Shown here: one piece after another, positions 20,786-30,291 of the stretch
Numbering within the stretch: position 1 is the first letter of the stretch
Layout: each line of letters starts with the position of its first letter
IMG/VR virus record: IMGVR_UViG_2724679353_000001
Location: 10,758 to 74,757 of that record
From: a virus
Lineage: Duplodnaviria > Caudoviricetes
Reading direction: 5' to 3' (one strand)
DNA: 64,000 bases
Notes under the pieces: model-generated
Databases searched by the model: none
The model's input: only the letters and a program-made list of their open reading frames with translations
Told to the model about the DNA's origin: nothing
Made by a program: the position numbers and the translations under genes

Positions 20786-21822
20786 AGCGCACCATCACGA
20801 GTTTTTCTCAAGACTTCCGGTCTCATCAGATAATCGAAATTTGCACACCAGTGCGAACCATCATCACCACCGAAATAATACTCTGACGCACGTTCGCGAA
20901 ATGCCTCGAAGTAGCCCTGGAATGCCTCGAGGTCTTGGGTTTTCAGGTATTGGAGTAATTCGCGGATAGCGTGTTTACGATCCTGATCAATTTCGGCCGG
21001 TGGTAAAACATCGCCGAATACACGGTTATACGCAGCAATGACCGCATCACAATCAATCCGCCCGGCAGACTCAGACCATGCGCTGGCATCAGCCAGATAA
21101 CCATCGAATCGGTTTACACGGCAGATATTCGCAGGTTTGGCATACTTGCCGTTGCGGGGTTTCCAGGTGCTGACCACCCAATGAGTCACCAATTGCAAAT
21201 CAGCCAATGAGTAGGCTTTCCGTGATTTGGTGGCATGCAACAATATTTCGTACGGTCGAGGGTCTTTGCACCGGGTATGGGTGAGTTCGTTGTAATACGC
21301 CAAAGCCCTTTCAGCATCAGCGAGGATGTTTTCCGTTTCCCCTTGAGGGGTAAGGGGTGTTTTATTCTTTGTAGTATTCTTTGTAGTATTCTCTTGTAAC
21401 ATTTGGTCATTCTGACTAGATGTGATCTTGTCATTCTGACCTGCTCCCAATTGGTCATTTTGACCAGATGCATTTGTAGAATTAAGCAACTCCAATTGGT
21501 CATAATTTATCGAATACCACTTAGTGCGGTTATAGGGATCACTGAGTAACACTTTATGTAACTGACCAACTGAAATTAGTTTCATTTCCAGCAGGTTTGC
21601 CAACGTGCGTTTAATCGTACTATCAGACCAAAAGCCTAATTCATCGGCCCATTCAGCCGCCGATTTATAAAACCACTTCCGGCCTTCATGACGGTGATCC
21701 GACCGACATAGCCAATAATGAATTTGCTGAACGAGTATGGCTTCATTGAGGCCAATCTCTTTTGCAAGCGAGGGTAGTACTTGCAGCGGAGGTTCATTAA
21801 TTAACAGCTTGGAGCTATTCAT
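20782..21822 (-). CDS. Replication initiator (O-like)
   Basis: SLAKEIGLNEAILVQQIHYW N-terminus, internal iterons, upstream of dnaB. Confidence 0.85.
   Translation of the reverse strand: MNSSKLLINEPPLQVLPSLAKEIGLNEAILVQQIHYWLCRSDHRHEGRKWFYKSAAEWADELGFWSDSTIKRTLANLLEMKLISVGQLHKVLLSDPYNRTKWYSINYDQLELLNSTNASGQNDQLGAGQNDKITSSQNDQMLQENTTKNTTKNKTPLTPQGETENILADAERALAYYNELTHTRCKDPRPYEILLHATKSRKAYSLADLQLVTHWVVSTWKPRNGKYAKPANICRVNRFDGYLADASAWSESAGRIDCDAVIAAYNRVFGDVLPPAEIDQDRKHAIRELLQYLKTQDLEAFQGYFEAFRERASEYYFGGDDGSHWCANFDYLMRPEVLRKTRDGAL
21363..21465. repeat. Replication origin: three iterons at 24-bp spacing plus an AT-rich 12-bp repeat
   Basis: ttggtcattctgact 21403, cttgtcattctgacc 21427, ttggtcattttgacc 21451; tattctttgtag twice from 21363. 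Confidence 0.75.
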
Positions 21823-21824
21823 CT

Positions 21825-22049
21825 TCAAACCCCCAGCGCTTCCGCTATTTGCCGACAGGCAGACTGATAATCGTCGGGCGATAGATTTAATTTACGCAGC
21901 TCTGTTTTTTTCTGTTCGTACTGCTCCCAGATACTCATAGCGGCAACCAGGCGCCCTTCAAAAATTGGCGCAACATCAGCTTTGCTGGCTGGCTGTCCGT
22001 TCAACATGAACCCGTTGCAGTACGTGATTTTATCGATAGATGTAAGCAT
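21825..22049 (-). CDS. Hypothetical phage protein
   Basis: 74 aa with GAGG RBS. Confidence 0.65.
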   Translation of the reverse strand: MLTSIDKITYCNGFMLNGQPASKADVAPIFEGRLVAAMSIWEQYEQKKTELRKLNLSPDDYQSACRQIAEALGV

Positions 22050-22065
22050 TGGTCTTGCCTCTGTT

Positions 22066-22530
22066 TTATACGGTGGTCAGCCGTTGGTGTTGTGGTCTGA
22101 TTGCGTGAAGTGCCGCAACAGCGCCCGATATTCTTTGTGACATGTCACAGCCATCTAATAGAACCGCGCTAATTGCTGCGGCAAACTCTCTGCTGGCAAT
22201 CGAAACCAAATAATTAACGGTCTCGCCATTCACTCTGGCCCGCCGTTCTGCCGGGAGCGCAGCTTTAAGTACCGGTGATAATTCCAAGACCTTTCGCATT
22301 GATGCTTTTGAATCCCCGCGCAGCCAACGAAATAACTGCTGCCGGTTGTTGTTGATAGACTTCCAATCAGCGTTGCCCTGCTCGTCTTCAATGGGAGTGA
22401 GGCGTACTGAATCCGTATTGATACTAAGCAAGAAAAACATTCTGCTGATCTCGATAGCTACATGCTCCTGCCCCCGTTCTGCTGCCCATGCCTGTACTTC
22501 AGCTTTAAGGGCGTTAACTTGTTGTTCCAC
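22066..22530 (-). CDS. CII-position regulator (YdaT-like)
   Basis: Follows cro; AWAAERGQEHVAIEI...NRQQLFRWL. Confidence 0.7.
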   Translation of the reverse strand: MEQQVNALKAEVQAWAAERGQEHVAIEISRMFFLLSINTDSVRLTPIEDEQGNADWKSINNNRQQLFRWLRGDSKASMRKVLELSPVLKAALPAERRARVNGETVNYLVSIASREFAAAISAVLLDGCDMSQRISGAVAALHAIRPQHQRLTTV

Positions 22531-22567
22531 GTTGCGTCTCCTGTCGCAGGAAATTGATTATTGATAA

Positions 22568-22822
22568 TCAGATTTGTGTGTGGGGTTTGTTTAGACTAAC
22601 TTCAGGTTCCGGATGCGGAAATAAGTCAGGTAAATCAGGGCGAACTTGATGCGCTTGTACCTCACCATTGGTAGCTTCAACGAGGAATTTAACATTTCTC
22701 GGGGCTACCTTTGCTTTGCCGCATAACCATTTTTGAACGGCCGCCTGAGTAACGCCGCATGCCTCCGCTAGTCTCTTTTGAGTGCCAACAATTTGAATTG
22801 CCGTCTTAATTACATTATCCAT
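22568..22822 (-). CDS. cro: Cro-like repressor (YdaS family)
   Basis: GTQKRLAEACGVTQAAVQKW...RPDLPDLFP; divergent from cI. Confidence 0.85.
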   Translation of the reverse strand: MDNVIKTAIQIVGTQKRLAEACGVTQAAVQKWLCGKAKVAPRNVKFLVEATNGEVQAHQVRPDLPDLFPHPEPEVSLNKPHTQI

Positions 22823-22826
22823 TTCA

Positions 22827-22917
22827 ATCACCTTTGTTGTATTTAATTGCAAATATACAACCAAGGTTGTTTTTAAGCAACAACAATAGTGATTTGACCG
22901 GGTATAACTAAGGTTGT
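22827..22917. promoter_or_regulatory. OR operators (434-type ACAA-N6-TTGT) and pR
   Basis: ACAACCAAGGTTGT 22857, ATAACTAAGGTTGT 22904, weaker sites at 22827 and 22880; minus-strand TTGCTT-17-TATATT. Confidence 0.8.
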
Positions 22918-22934
22918 ATTTTGCGAGGATGGGA

Positions 22935-23648
22935 ATGACACTTGCACAAAGATTGAAAGTAGCCATGAAGGAATCTGGGCTAACTCAGGCTGCACTAGCT
23001 GAGAAGGCTGGAGTTTCACAAGCTGCTATTCAAAAAATAACATCCGGTAAAAGCCAGAGCACCACTAAGCTACTGGAAATTTCCCGCGCACTCCAGGTAC
23101 GCCCGGAATGGCTTGGAGAAGGGATTTTGCCGATGAAAGAATCGACTAAAACAATAAATCAGGAATCAAATATTCCTTCTGAGAATGATTGGGGGAATAT
23201 TATACCTTGGGATAGTCAGTGTCCAATTCACGAAGACGAGGTCGAAGTGCCATTCTTACGTGATATTGAACTTGCTGCCGGTGATGGTAGCTTTTGTGAT
23301 CAAGACTACAATGGTTTTAAACTTCGCTTTTCGAAATCGACCTTGCGGCGAGTTGGTGCTCAGAAAGAGAATGTCATTTGCTTTCCAGCCCATGGAAATA
23401 GCATGGAGCCGATTCTACCAAACGGTACGACAGTAGCTGTTGATTGTGCAAATAAAAAAATTATCGATGGTAAAATATATGCAATCAATCAAGACGGATT
23501 AAAACGTCTTAAACTTTTATATCGTATGCCAGGAAATAAGCTAAGTATCCGCAGCTTTAATAAAGCCGAGCACCCAGATGAAGATGCTGACGGAGAAACC
23601 GTAGAAATTATTGGCCGCGTGTTTTGGTGGTCAGTTCTGGATTATTGA
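22935..23648 (+). CDS. cI: CI repressor (434-like HTH plus S24 autopeptidase)
   Basis: HTH LTQAALAEKAGVSQAAI; AAG cleavage site; GNSMEP Ser and LKLL Lys. Confidence 0.95.
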   Translation: MTLAQRLKVAMKESGLTQAALAEKAGVSQAAIQKITSGKSQSTTKLLEISRALQVRPEWLGEGILPMKESTKTINQESNIPSENDWGNIIPWDSQCPIHEDEVEVPFLRDIELAAGDGSFCDQDYNGFKLRFSKSTLRRVGAQKENVICFPAHGNSMEPILPNGTTVAVDCANKKIIDGKIYAINQDGLKRLKLLYRMPGNKLSIRSFNKAEHPDEDADGETVEIIGRVFWWSVLDY

Positions 23649-23715
23649 TAGCTCTAACTTCTAAGTAGTCCAATGAGGGTAGGAGTGTCACTCAACCTAA
23701 GAGTTAAAGGAAAAT

Positions 23716-24872
23716 ATGAAGATATTCGCTGAGAAATTAAGAGCGCACTCTGATCACGTAAAAAAAGTAAGCCATCATTGTTCTACCGAAGAAACGACTA
23801 AACAAGCATTAATATTGCCAATGTTAGATATTCTTGGCTTTAACTCTTATGACCCAACGAAAGTTAAAGCAGAATATGGCGCTGATTTCCCTGGTGTTAA
23901 AGTAGGTGAACGAGTCGACTATGCCCTATTTTGCCATGGTGTTCCTGTCATGTTTATTGAGGCCAAGGGCTATAATCAGAAACTTGATAACCATTGCCCT
24001 CAGCTTTCTAGATACTTTAACGCGACACCTGAGGTCACTATTGCAGCTATAACTAATGGCACCCATGGCGTTTCTTTACCGACCTTAAGCAAAGAAATAT
24101 TATGGATGCCTCTCCATTCCTACAGATTGATGTAGATGAAGCATCGGACTCTGATGCTCATCAGCTATATCAATTCCGTCACGACCAGTTCCAACCAGAA
24201 GCACTTCGAACCTTAGCTGAAGAAAGCATATACTTATCAGCATTTACTGATGTTATCAGTGATAGTTTAAGGAATGTTGATGCTGATTTTGTCCGCTATG
24301 TTGCAAGTCGCTCTAGCGTACAACGACAGTTGAACCAAAAGTTTCTCGACACAATTACACCACTAGTAAAAATGGCAGTAGAACGAGCTGTTAGTGCAAT
24401 GGTAGTTTCTGGGCTATCAATGGCTTCCAACAAAGACAAAGATGTTGAAGTCTCACTAGCACCAGAGCTGAAAAAAATAGATGAAACAGCGTCAGTCGTG
24501 GATCCTGAAAATTCAAATATAGTTACTACGCATAACGAAAGGTTATTTTTTAGTAATATTCAACTATTACTTGGTGAACAGGCTGATATTTCAGCAAAAG
24601 ACACAGCCAGTTATTACAATATTCTTTGCCAGGGAAAATCAAACCGTTGGGTTGTACGCTATTTTGATAGTAAACAGCGACCATCGATAATTTTACCAAT
24701 TGAATTAGATGAAAAAGCTATTGCAGAAGTTGAGCGAGCGGGACTTGAGCTAGCTCCAGGCAATCAAATTATAATAGATCGCCCTGAAAATATTTTGCGA
24801 TTATCCGGGCTAATCTTGGATTCATACAATTACTGTATGGACGATGATAATTTCAGAAACAAGAAAAAATAG
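23716..24872 (+). pseudogene. HsdR_N-like PD-(D/E)xK nuclease protein split by a frameshift near 24064
   Basis: EETTKQALILP...RVDYAL...FIEAK...TNG, then WRFFTDL continues in another frame into the 24102 ORF. Confidence 0.75.
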
Positions 24873-25041
24873 TAATCCATTTCCTGCCCCTTCTCATTGG
24901 AGGGGCGCATACATGAATCCCTACGTCATAAACGCCTACCTAAATTCAGCCTTCATTACTTGATTAACCTCTAAAAAATTCAAAAAAGCACAACCAAACT
25001 AAAGCTAAGAAAACACAAATAAAACCAATGCGCCATAAAAT

Positions 25042-25083
25042 ACAACCAAAGTTGTTGACACAAATACAACTAAAGTGTTTAAT
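25042..25083 (+). promoter_or_regulatory. pL promoter with OL operators
   Basis: TTGACA 25055-17 bp-TTTAAT 25078; ACAACCAAAGTTGT 25042 and ACAACTAAAGTGTT 25066 match the OR sites. Confidence 0.85.
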
Positions 25084-25231
25084 TGTTTTCATCAACACGG
25101 CACAGCAGCCGATGCGAACAGGCAGGACGCCCACGAAGTAGCTGCCGGTGGCATACGAAACACCGGATGATTCGCAATTTAGGTTTAGTACGTTCTGACA
25201 GCCCGGAAAGACGGCACCAAATTACAGACGT

Positions 25232-25259
25232 AAAAAAACCCACCGAAGTGGGCTTCTTT
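25232..25259 (+). terminator. tL1-like terminator
   Basis: cccac-cgaa-gtggg followed by cttcttt. Confidence 0.6.
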
Positions 25260-25375
25260 ACCCCGGATCACCGACCAAAGTTAACCGGGAATTGCTAACG
25301 GGGACCAACCCGTTAACAGAGGCAAGACCAACGGCTTACGCCACCAATCTTACAACCAGTATATCAGGAGTTGCT

Positions 25376-25711
25376 ATGACAGCACTACAGATAACCACCA
25401 CGCTCTATATCCATGTTAATCCGCATTCAGCATTGAAAGATAATCGCTTTATCGTGTGTACCTGTGACATGTCACAGTCCGCGCCAGCCTATGCGTTACT
25501 CGAAACCCGCGAAATCACGTTGGCGTTCGACGAACCCGATCCATTTGAAATCATCGGTAAGCAGGTTGATTCACTACGCGCTCAGAAAGAACGTGTCGCG
25601 GCGGAATCATATCGGCATCAGTTGCTTATTGATGATCAGATTCAGGCGTTGCTCTGCATCGAGCACACCATGCCAGCAAACGTCTCTGACGATAGCGACA
25701 TTCCTTTTTAA
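25376..25711 (+). CDS. Hypothetical early protein
   Basis: AGGAG RBS before ATG 25376; ends in DSDIPF, like the SSB C-terminal tail. Confidence 0.7.
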   Translation: MTALQITTTLYIHVNPHSALKDNRFIVCTCDMSQSAPAYALLETREITLAFDEPDPFEIIGKQVDSLRAQKERVAAESYRHQLLIDDQIQALLCIEHTMPANVSDDSDIPF

Positions 25712-25766
25712 TTAGCCCTACATCAAAGACCAAGATCCGCTTAAAAACCAAAGAGGCAAGACCAAC

Positions 25767-27968
25767 ATGACTGTATTTATTTGCTTATTCAAGCCGAAAA
25801 AAGCGGCCGTCAAAAATGGGGCTATCCCACTGGTTATAGCGCTGGAGGCCATTAATAAGAAAATGGCATCCGCACTGGCCATCGCTAAATTGTGGGAGGC
25901 CTACCCCGCCGCTGGCGATAACTTCGCTGATCCGAAAATCTGTGAGGATTCAGTCGGGCAACCGCGCCCTGTGGTCGGTGAATTCGACGAACAGTTCGCC
26001 CAGGAGAATACTTTTGATGGCAAAGTATGGACGCCAAATACCGCGGCATCGCCAGAAGATGAGGACGATAACGACGGCGACGAACAAGGTGATGATTCTG
26101 GTTTAGTGAACTACGCCAAGCTGGGCATCGATGTCAAAGTTGGCAAAATCCTAATGTATGACTTACGTGACATCGATACGCACGAACTATCACTGGTATA
26201 TGACCTGGTTAACGACGATGAGGGCGATGCCGGGCTACGTTCCATTATAACCGCATTAGCAGGCATACCGGCTATAGGGGCAATGTACCAAGAATCGGTC
26301 AAAGAGCTGATCGACGCTATCAATGTGAAATTCCCGAACACACCTCAATTCCCAGAAGTTCGAAAATTCGCTCAAAAATGGGTTGATGAACCCAATAAGC
26401 GGGACGAGTTAACCGGGACGAAAAAAGTCACCCGCATAGATACACCGGCCCCTGATGCGCCAATTAAACGCAGCTTTGAACACACATATAAAACGCTTGA
26501 TCTCGAAGTTGCTCTCGCCTTGGTACCGGCTGATTTTAACTGCTGGGAAATCCATTCAGCAGAAATGAAGCAAGCAAAAGAGTTGATGGACAGTAATGAT
26601 GATGCCTGGCGCAAATGGTCAACCGAATTACGCGTTCGTAGCGATGCGTTGTCTATTCCGCGTGAAACCATCTTTGAGATCATTCGCGTGGGTAAAAAGA
26701 AACCTATCTTCCTCACCAATGCCGCCGCCAGAAAAGAATTTATCGCACAATGTATCGCCGCCAAAGGGCCGCAGCCTGCGGTTAAAAATTTGGGTGACGG
26801 TAAGTTCTCTATTGATGGTCTGATCGGTGGTGAACCCCAACCGGCGGCAAATAGTGAAACAAAACTGGCTCTGGTTGCTAATTCTGAACCAAAAACTGAA
26901 ACAGAACCGCCAATTGTTGCAACAGAACAGGAAAAACCCGTACAGGAACCCATCACCGATAACACCGCTCAACAGGCTAAAGAGACGTTGGATCAGTTGG
27001 GTTATGGCGTTTATGCATCGGTTGATGAGAAGCCGGCAGAGGTTATTGAGACGACGCAACCAAGCACGGTTGCTAGCGTAGAAGTTACTGTTGATGAGTT
27101 CCAACACCGTGCCGGGTTGATTGAACAAGAGATTGCGCAGAAGTCCCCTCAGGAACAAGAAAACCTGCATATTTGGAAATCGGTACAACGCACCGACCCG
27201 CGCTTTACCAAACCTGTAGAGGGCGCGGGATATGTCGCTACCAGCATTAACGCTGAATATATGTTTATGCGGGCCACGGAAGTATTCGGCCCCATCGGTG
27301 AGGGTTGGGGCTATACCATTCTTGAAGAAAAGATGCTGCCAGGCGCGCCAATGTCCGAGGCTATTTACGACGATAACAAGAAATACATTGGCAACCGGCT
27401 TATTCGTGATGCCGATGGCACATTGATATGCGAACAGAATCACTCAATCAAAATTCAATTCTGGTATTCAATGGAGGGAGAAATACGTGGCGAGATCGAA
27501 AGCTACGGAGCCACCCCTTACATGTATAAAACCAATAAAGGAATTAAGGCTGATAACGAGGTAATCAAAAAAAGCCTCACGGACGCCATTAAGAAAGCGC
27601 TATCTATGCTGGGCTTTAGCGCTGACGTATGGCTCGGCATGCACGATAACCCCGAATATATGGCAGAAAATAACATTGAGTTTGCTATTAAAAATGCCAG
27701 TGAAAAAGCCGGTGACTCAGTACGTCTGCGCAAAGAGCTGGATGATAAATTAACCAAAGTCGGCAATACCATTTCGAATGCCGTCACCACCAATGAAGTG
27801 AATAAGATATATAGCACCATTACGCGAGAAATCGACGTACACCGCAAAGATGCCGACGCCAAAGCTGACAAAGAATACGCCAACTACCTCAAAAGCCGCC
27901 TGCTTGCATTACATCGCTTAACCGAACAACGGGTTGCCGAACTTAACGCACAGGAGCAAACAGCATGA
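25767..27968 (+). CDS. RecE-like N-terminal region fused to a Rad52/Sak-like annealing domain
   Basis: KPKK..K.GA and TLDLEVALAL (RecE-like N-part); RATEVFGPIGEGWG...KKSLTDAIKKALSMLGF (Rad52/22-like). Confidence 0.65.
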   Translation: MTVFICLFKPKKAAVKNGAIPLVIALEAINKKMASALAIAKLWEAYPAAGDNFADPKICEDSVGQPRPVVGEFDEQFAQENTFDGKVWTPNTAASPEDEDDNDGDEQGDDSGLVNYAKLGIDVKVGKILMYDLRDIDTHELSLVYDLVNDDEGDAGLRSIITALAGIPAIGAMYQESVKELIDAINVKFPNTPQFPEVRKFAQKWVDEPNKRDELTGTKKVTRIDTPAPDAPIKRSFEHTYKTLDLEVALALVPADFNCWEIHSAEMKQAKELMDSNDDAWRKWSTELRVRSDALSIPRETIFEIIRVGKKKPIFLTNAAARKEFIAQCIAAKGPQPAVKNLGDGKFSIDGLIGGEPQPAANSETKLALVANSEPKTETEPPIVATEQEKPVQEPITDNTAQQAKETLDQLGYGVYASVDEKPAEVIETTQPSTVASVEVTVDEFQHRAGLIEQEIAQKSPQEQENLHIWKSVQRTDPRFTKPVEGAGYVATSINAEYMFMRATEVFGPIGEGWGYTILEEKMLPGAPMSEAIYDDNKKYIGNRLIRDADGTLICEQNHSIKIQFWYSMEGEIRGEIESYGATPYMYKTNKGIKADNEVIKKSLTDAIKKALSMLGFSADVWLGMHDNPEYMAENNIEFAIKNASEKAGDSVRLRKELDDKLTKVGNTISNAVTTNEVNKIYSTITREIDVHRKDADAKADKEYANYLKSRLLALHRLTEQRVAELNAQEQTA

Positions 27969-28465
27969 GCAATACAGCCATCGCATTAGCCGCAGACCTT
28001 TTCAAACTGCAACAATTAGTTGAGTCCTCAGAGGAACTCACGCCAGAAATGATCGCCGATACGCTAGAGGATTTAGAGGGTGCTTTGGGGGATAAGCTGG
28101 ATGCAACCTATGTCTTTGTTCGCAACCTTGAAGGCCAGGCTAAGACCTGTGATGAGGAAGCTAAACGCCTGGCTGAGCGGAAAAGGTCATTCGAGAATCG
28201 GGCCAAATCGATCAAACAGTATGTCCTTAACTGCTTATTGGCCGCAGATAAGAACACACTTAAAACACCGTATAACACATTCACCGCGCGTAAAGGTGTG
28301 GCCAGTGTGGTGATCGACAATGAAGACTTATTGCCCAGTGAATTGGTGACAGTGCAAACCATCGTAGCGCCCGATAAAAAGGCCATCAAGGAAGCCATAG
28401 AAAATGGTGTTGATGTTAAAGGTGCGCATATTGAGATAGGCAATCGTAGCCTGCAGGTTCGCTAA
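27965..28465 (+). CDS. Siphovirus Gp157-family protein
   Basis: Coiled coil plus PDKKAIKEAIENGVDVKGAHIE. Confidence 0.85.
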   Translation: MSNTAIALAADLFKLQQLVESSEELTPEMIADTLEDLEGALGDKLDATYVFVRNLEGQAKTCDEEAKRLAERKRSFENRAKSIKQYVLNCLLAADKNTLKTPYNTFTARKGVASVVIDNEDLLPSELVTVQTIVAPDKKAIKEAIENGVDVKGAHIEIGNRSLQVR

Positions 28466-28510
28466 TTTCATCCCGCCCCAAACCAACGGGGCATTACTGA
28501 GGCAACACCC

Positions 28511-28693
28511 ATGCTAAAGCGTACTCACAAACGCGGTGAAAAGTCCTATATCACGCTCCCCGATGGACGAACGGGAACTATCCACACCGATCGCCGTTGT
28601 GATGTTCACTACGATTTTCCGGTAGATGTTCGAATTAGCAGCACTCAACCGCAAGAAGTCGCTGAAAAGTTGATTTTGCATAATCAGAAATAA
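28511..28693 (+). CDS. Divergent CsrA/RsmA-like small protein
   Basis: 60 aa; MLKRTHKRGEKSYI...HYDFPVDVRI aligns by eye with CsrA MLILTRRVGETLMI...GVNAPKEVSV. Confidence 0.5.
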   Translation: MLKRTHKRGEKSYITLPDGRTGTIHTDRRCDVHYDFPVDVRISSTQPQEVAEKLILHNQK

Positions 28694-28742
28694 TCAACCC
28701 GCCCCGCTAGCATGGTGGTAATCCAACACCAGGGAAACCACT

Positions 28743-28949
28743 ATGCAGCCATGGCAACCGGGCAAGCGCCTATTAACCGACTTCGATATTAAGATCGGCA
28801 AGTTATCAGCCAGTGTACGGAAACAACAACTCACCGACCACGATATACAGCGGGCCTGTTCTGCGACCGACAGAGCTATAACCCAAATGATACAGGGGCA
28901 AGACCATGAAAAACGACCACGACATAATCACCAAAGAGGAGATGATTGA
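28743..28949 (+). CDS. Hypothetical protein
   Basis: 68 aa ORF in the early-left operon. Confidence 0.55.
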   Translation: MQPWQPGKRLLTDFDIKIGKLSASVRKQQLTDHDIQRACSATDRAITQMIQGQDHEKRPRHNHQRGDD

Positions 28950-29142
28950 GTTGACCGGTCATCACTACAAAACCAAACAATGTGACTCTTTACGCCGCTC
29001 GGGGATCTTTTTTATCCGACGTCCGGACGGACACCCGAAAACCACTTGGGGCCATTTTTTGAATCCAGTCAGTTTGCGCGGTAAGCCGCTGGAGCCGGAA
29101 AAAGAAGAACCCAATTTCGAGGCCATGAACAGTGGCCGGTAA
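28906..29142 (+). CDS. xis: Excisionase (DUF4224-like)
   Basis: ITKEEMIELTG...Q...L...GIFF...DGHP; overlaps the int start. Confidence 0.75.
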   Translation: MKNDHDIITKEEMIELTGHHYKTKQCDSLRRSGIFFIRRPDGHPKTTWGHFLNPVSLRGKPLEPEKEEPNFEAMNSGR

Positions 29143-30148
29143 ACGCAAGAACGCCGCCGATAACTGGATGCCCTCACGGGTATTCCGTGGCCCCAGTGCT
29201 TATAACTTCAAACACCCGGACGGACGCACGATTAGACTGTGCGCACTTAACGCTACACAGGCAGAAGTCTGGGTTCATTATGAGAAGTTCATTAATGAGA
29301 AAAAAGACAAATCAACGTTAAATACCTTAGTTGAGTCTTTTTTCCGATCCGTTGATTTCATTGATCTGGCAACCGAGACACAAAAAGACTATCGAAAATA
29401 CGCCTCAAAATTATTACCGGTTTTCGGTGCCATGCACCCCGATAATATAAAACCTGAACATGTCAGAAAGTATATGGATAAAAGAGGGTTGAGCAGCAGG
29501 ACACAGGCAAACAGGGAAAAAACGTTTATGTCGCGGGCCTATAGATGGGGATATGAACGGGGATTAGTGAAAGGCAATCCCTGCAAGGGAGTTAAGCAAT
29601 TTAAAGAGGAATCGAGGGAACGCTATATTACAGATGAAGAATATAACGCTTTATATCAGACTGCACCCGACATCGTACGAGCAGCAATGGAAATAGCGTA
29701 TCTGTGTCTGGCGAGGCAAGCCGATGTGCTTTCATTGCGCAAGGATCAATTTAGAGAATCGGGGATATATATCAGGCAGGGTAAGACAGGGGCAAAACAA
29801 ATCAAGGAATGGTCACAGCGCTTACGTGACGCTATCGCACTGGCAGAATCCCTGCCCTTACAACCCGGTATCAGCAGTGTATACATCATCCGCCAACGCA
29901 CCGGACTGCGGTATACGCGCGACGGCTTTAATAGCCGATGGCGCAAGGCCAAAGAAGCAGCAAAAGAGGCACACCCTGAATTGGATTTTAATTTCACCTT
30001 CCATGATCTGAAAGCCAAAGGTGTTTCTGATCTTGAGGGTTCACTCAGTGAGAAGCAGGCGATATCAGGGCATAGAAATATGGGGCAAACGGCGCGATAT
30101 GACCGGAAAATAAAAGTTGTGCCGGTGGTAGGCAATCAGAAGAAGTGA
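29132..30148 (+). CDS. int: Tyrosine integrase of prophage 1
   Basis: ARQADV (R), KTG, FHDLKAK, SGH...TARY. Confidence 0.95.
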   Translation: MAGKRKNAADNWMPSRVFRGPSAYNFKHPDGRTIRLCALNATQAEVWVHYEKFINEKKDKSTLNTLVESFFRSVDFIDLATETQKDYRKYASKLLPVFGAMHPDNIKPEHVRKYMDKRGLSSRTQANREKTFMSRAYRWGYERGLVKGNPCKGVKQFKEESRERYITDEEYNALYQTAPDIVRAAMEIAYLCLARQADVLSLRKDQFRESGIYIRQGKTGAKQIKEWSQRLRDAIALAESLPLQPGISSVYIIRQRTGLRYTRDGFNSRWRKAKEAAKEAHPELDFNFTFHDLKAKGVSDLEGSLSEKQAISGHRNMGQTARYDRKIKVVPVVGNQKK

Positions 30149-30175
30149 TTTTTTATGCGTTAGCTGGATTTTATG

Positions 30176-30207
30176 TTCCTAACGCATCTTCCTAACATCT
30201 TCCTAAA
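30176..30207. repeat. Probable arm-type integrase sites of prophage 1
   Basis: ttcctaa three times in tandem between int and the att core. Confidence 0.6.
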
Positions 30208-30291
30208 TGTGATTTCAGGCACAAAAAAAACCCGCCTCACGGCGGTTAACGACATACTCATACTACTTTGTTTTACTTATACTATTTTCCA

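Noticed and set aside
21403-21505. GACCAA copies inside the replication gene as part of the ACCA regulon
   Set aside because: Their 24-bp spacing, dyad form and adjacent AT-rich repeat fit origin iterons better.
26628-27443. Long antisense ORFs (271 aa here; also 26372..26965 and 60178..60870)
   Set aside because: They shadow well-supported genes on the other strand and show no protein motifs.
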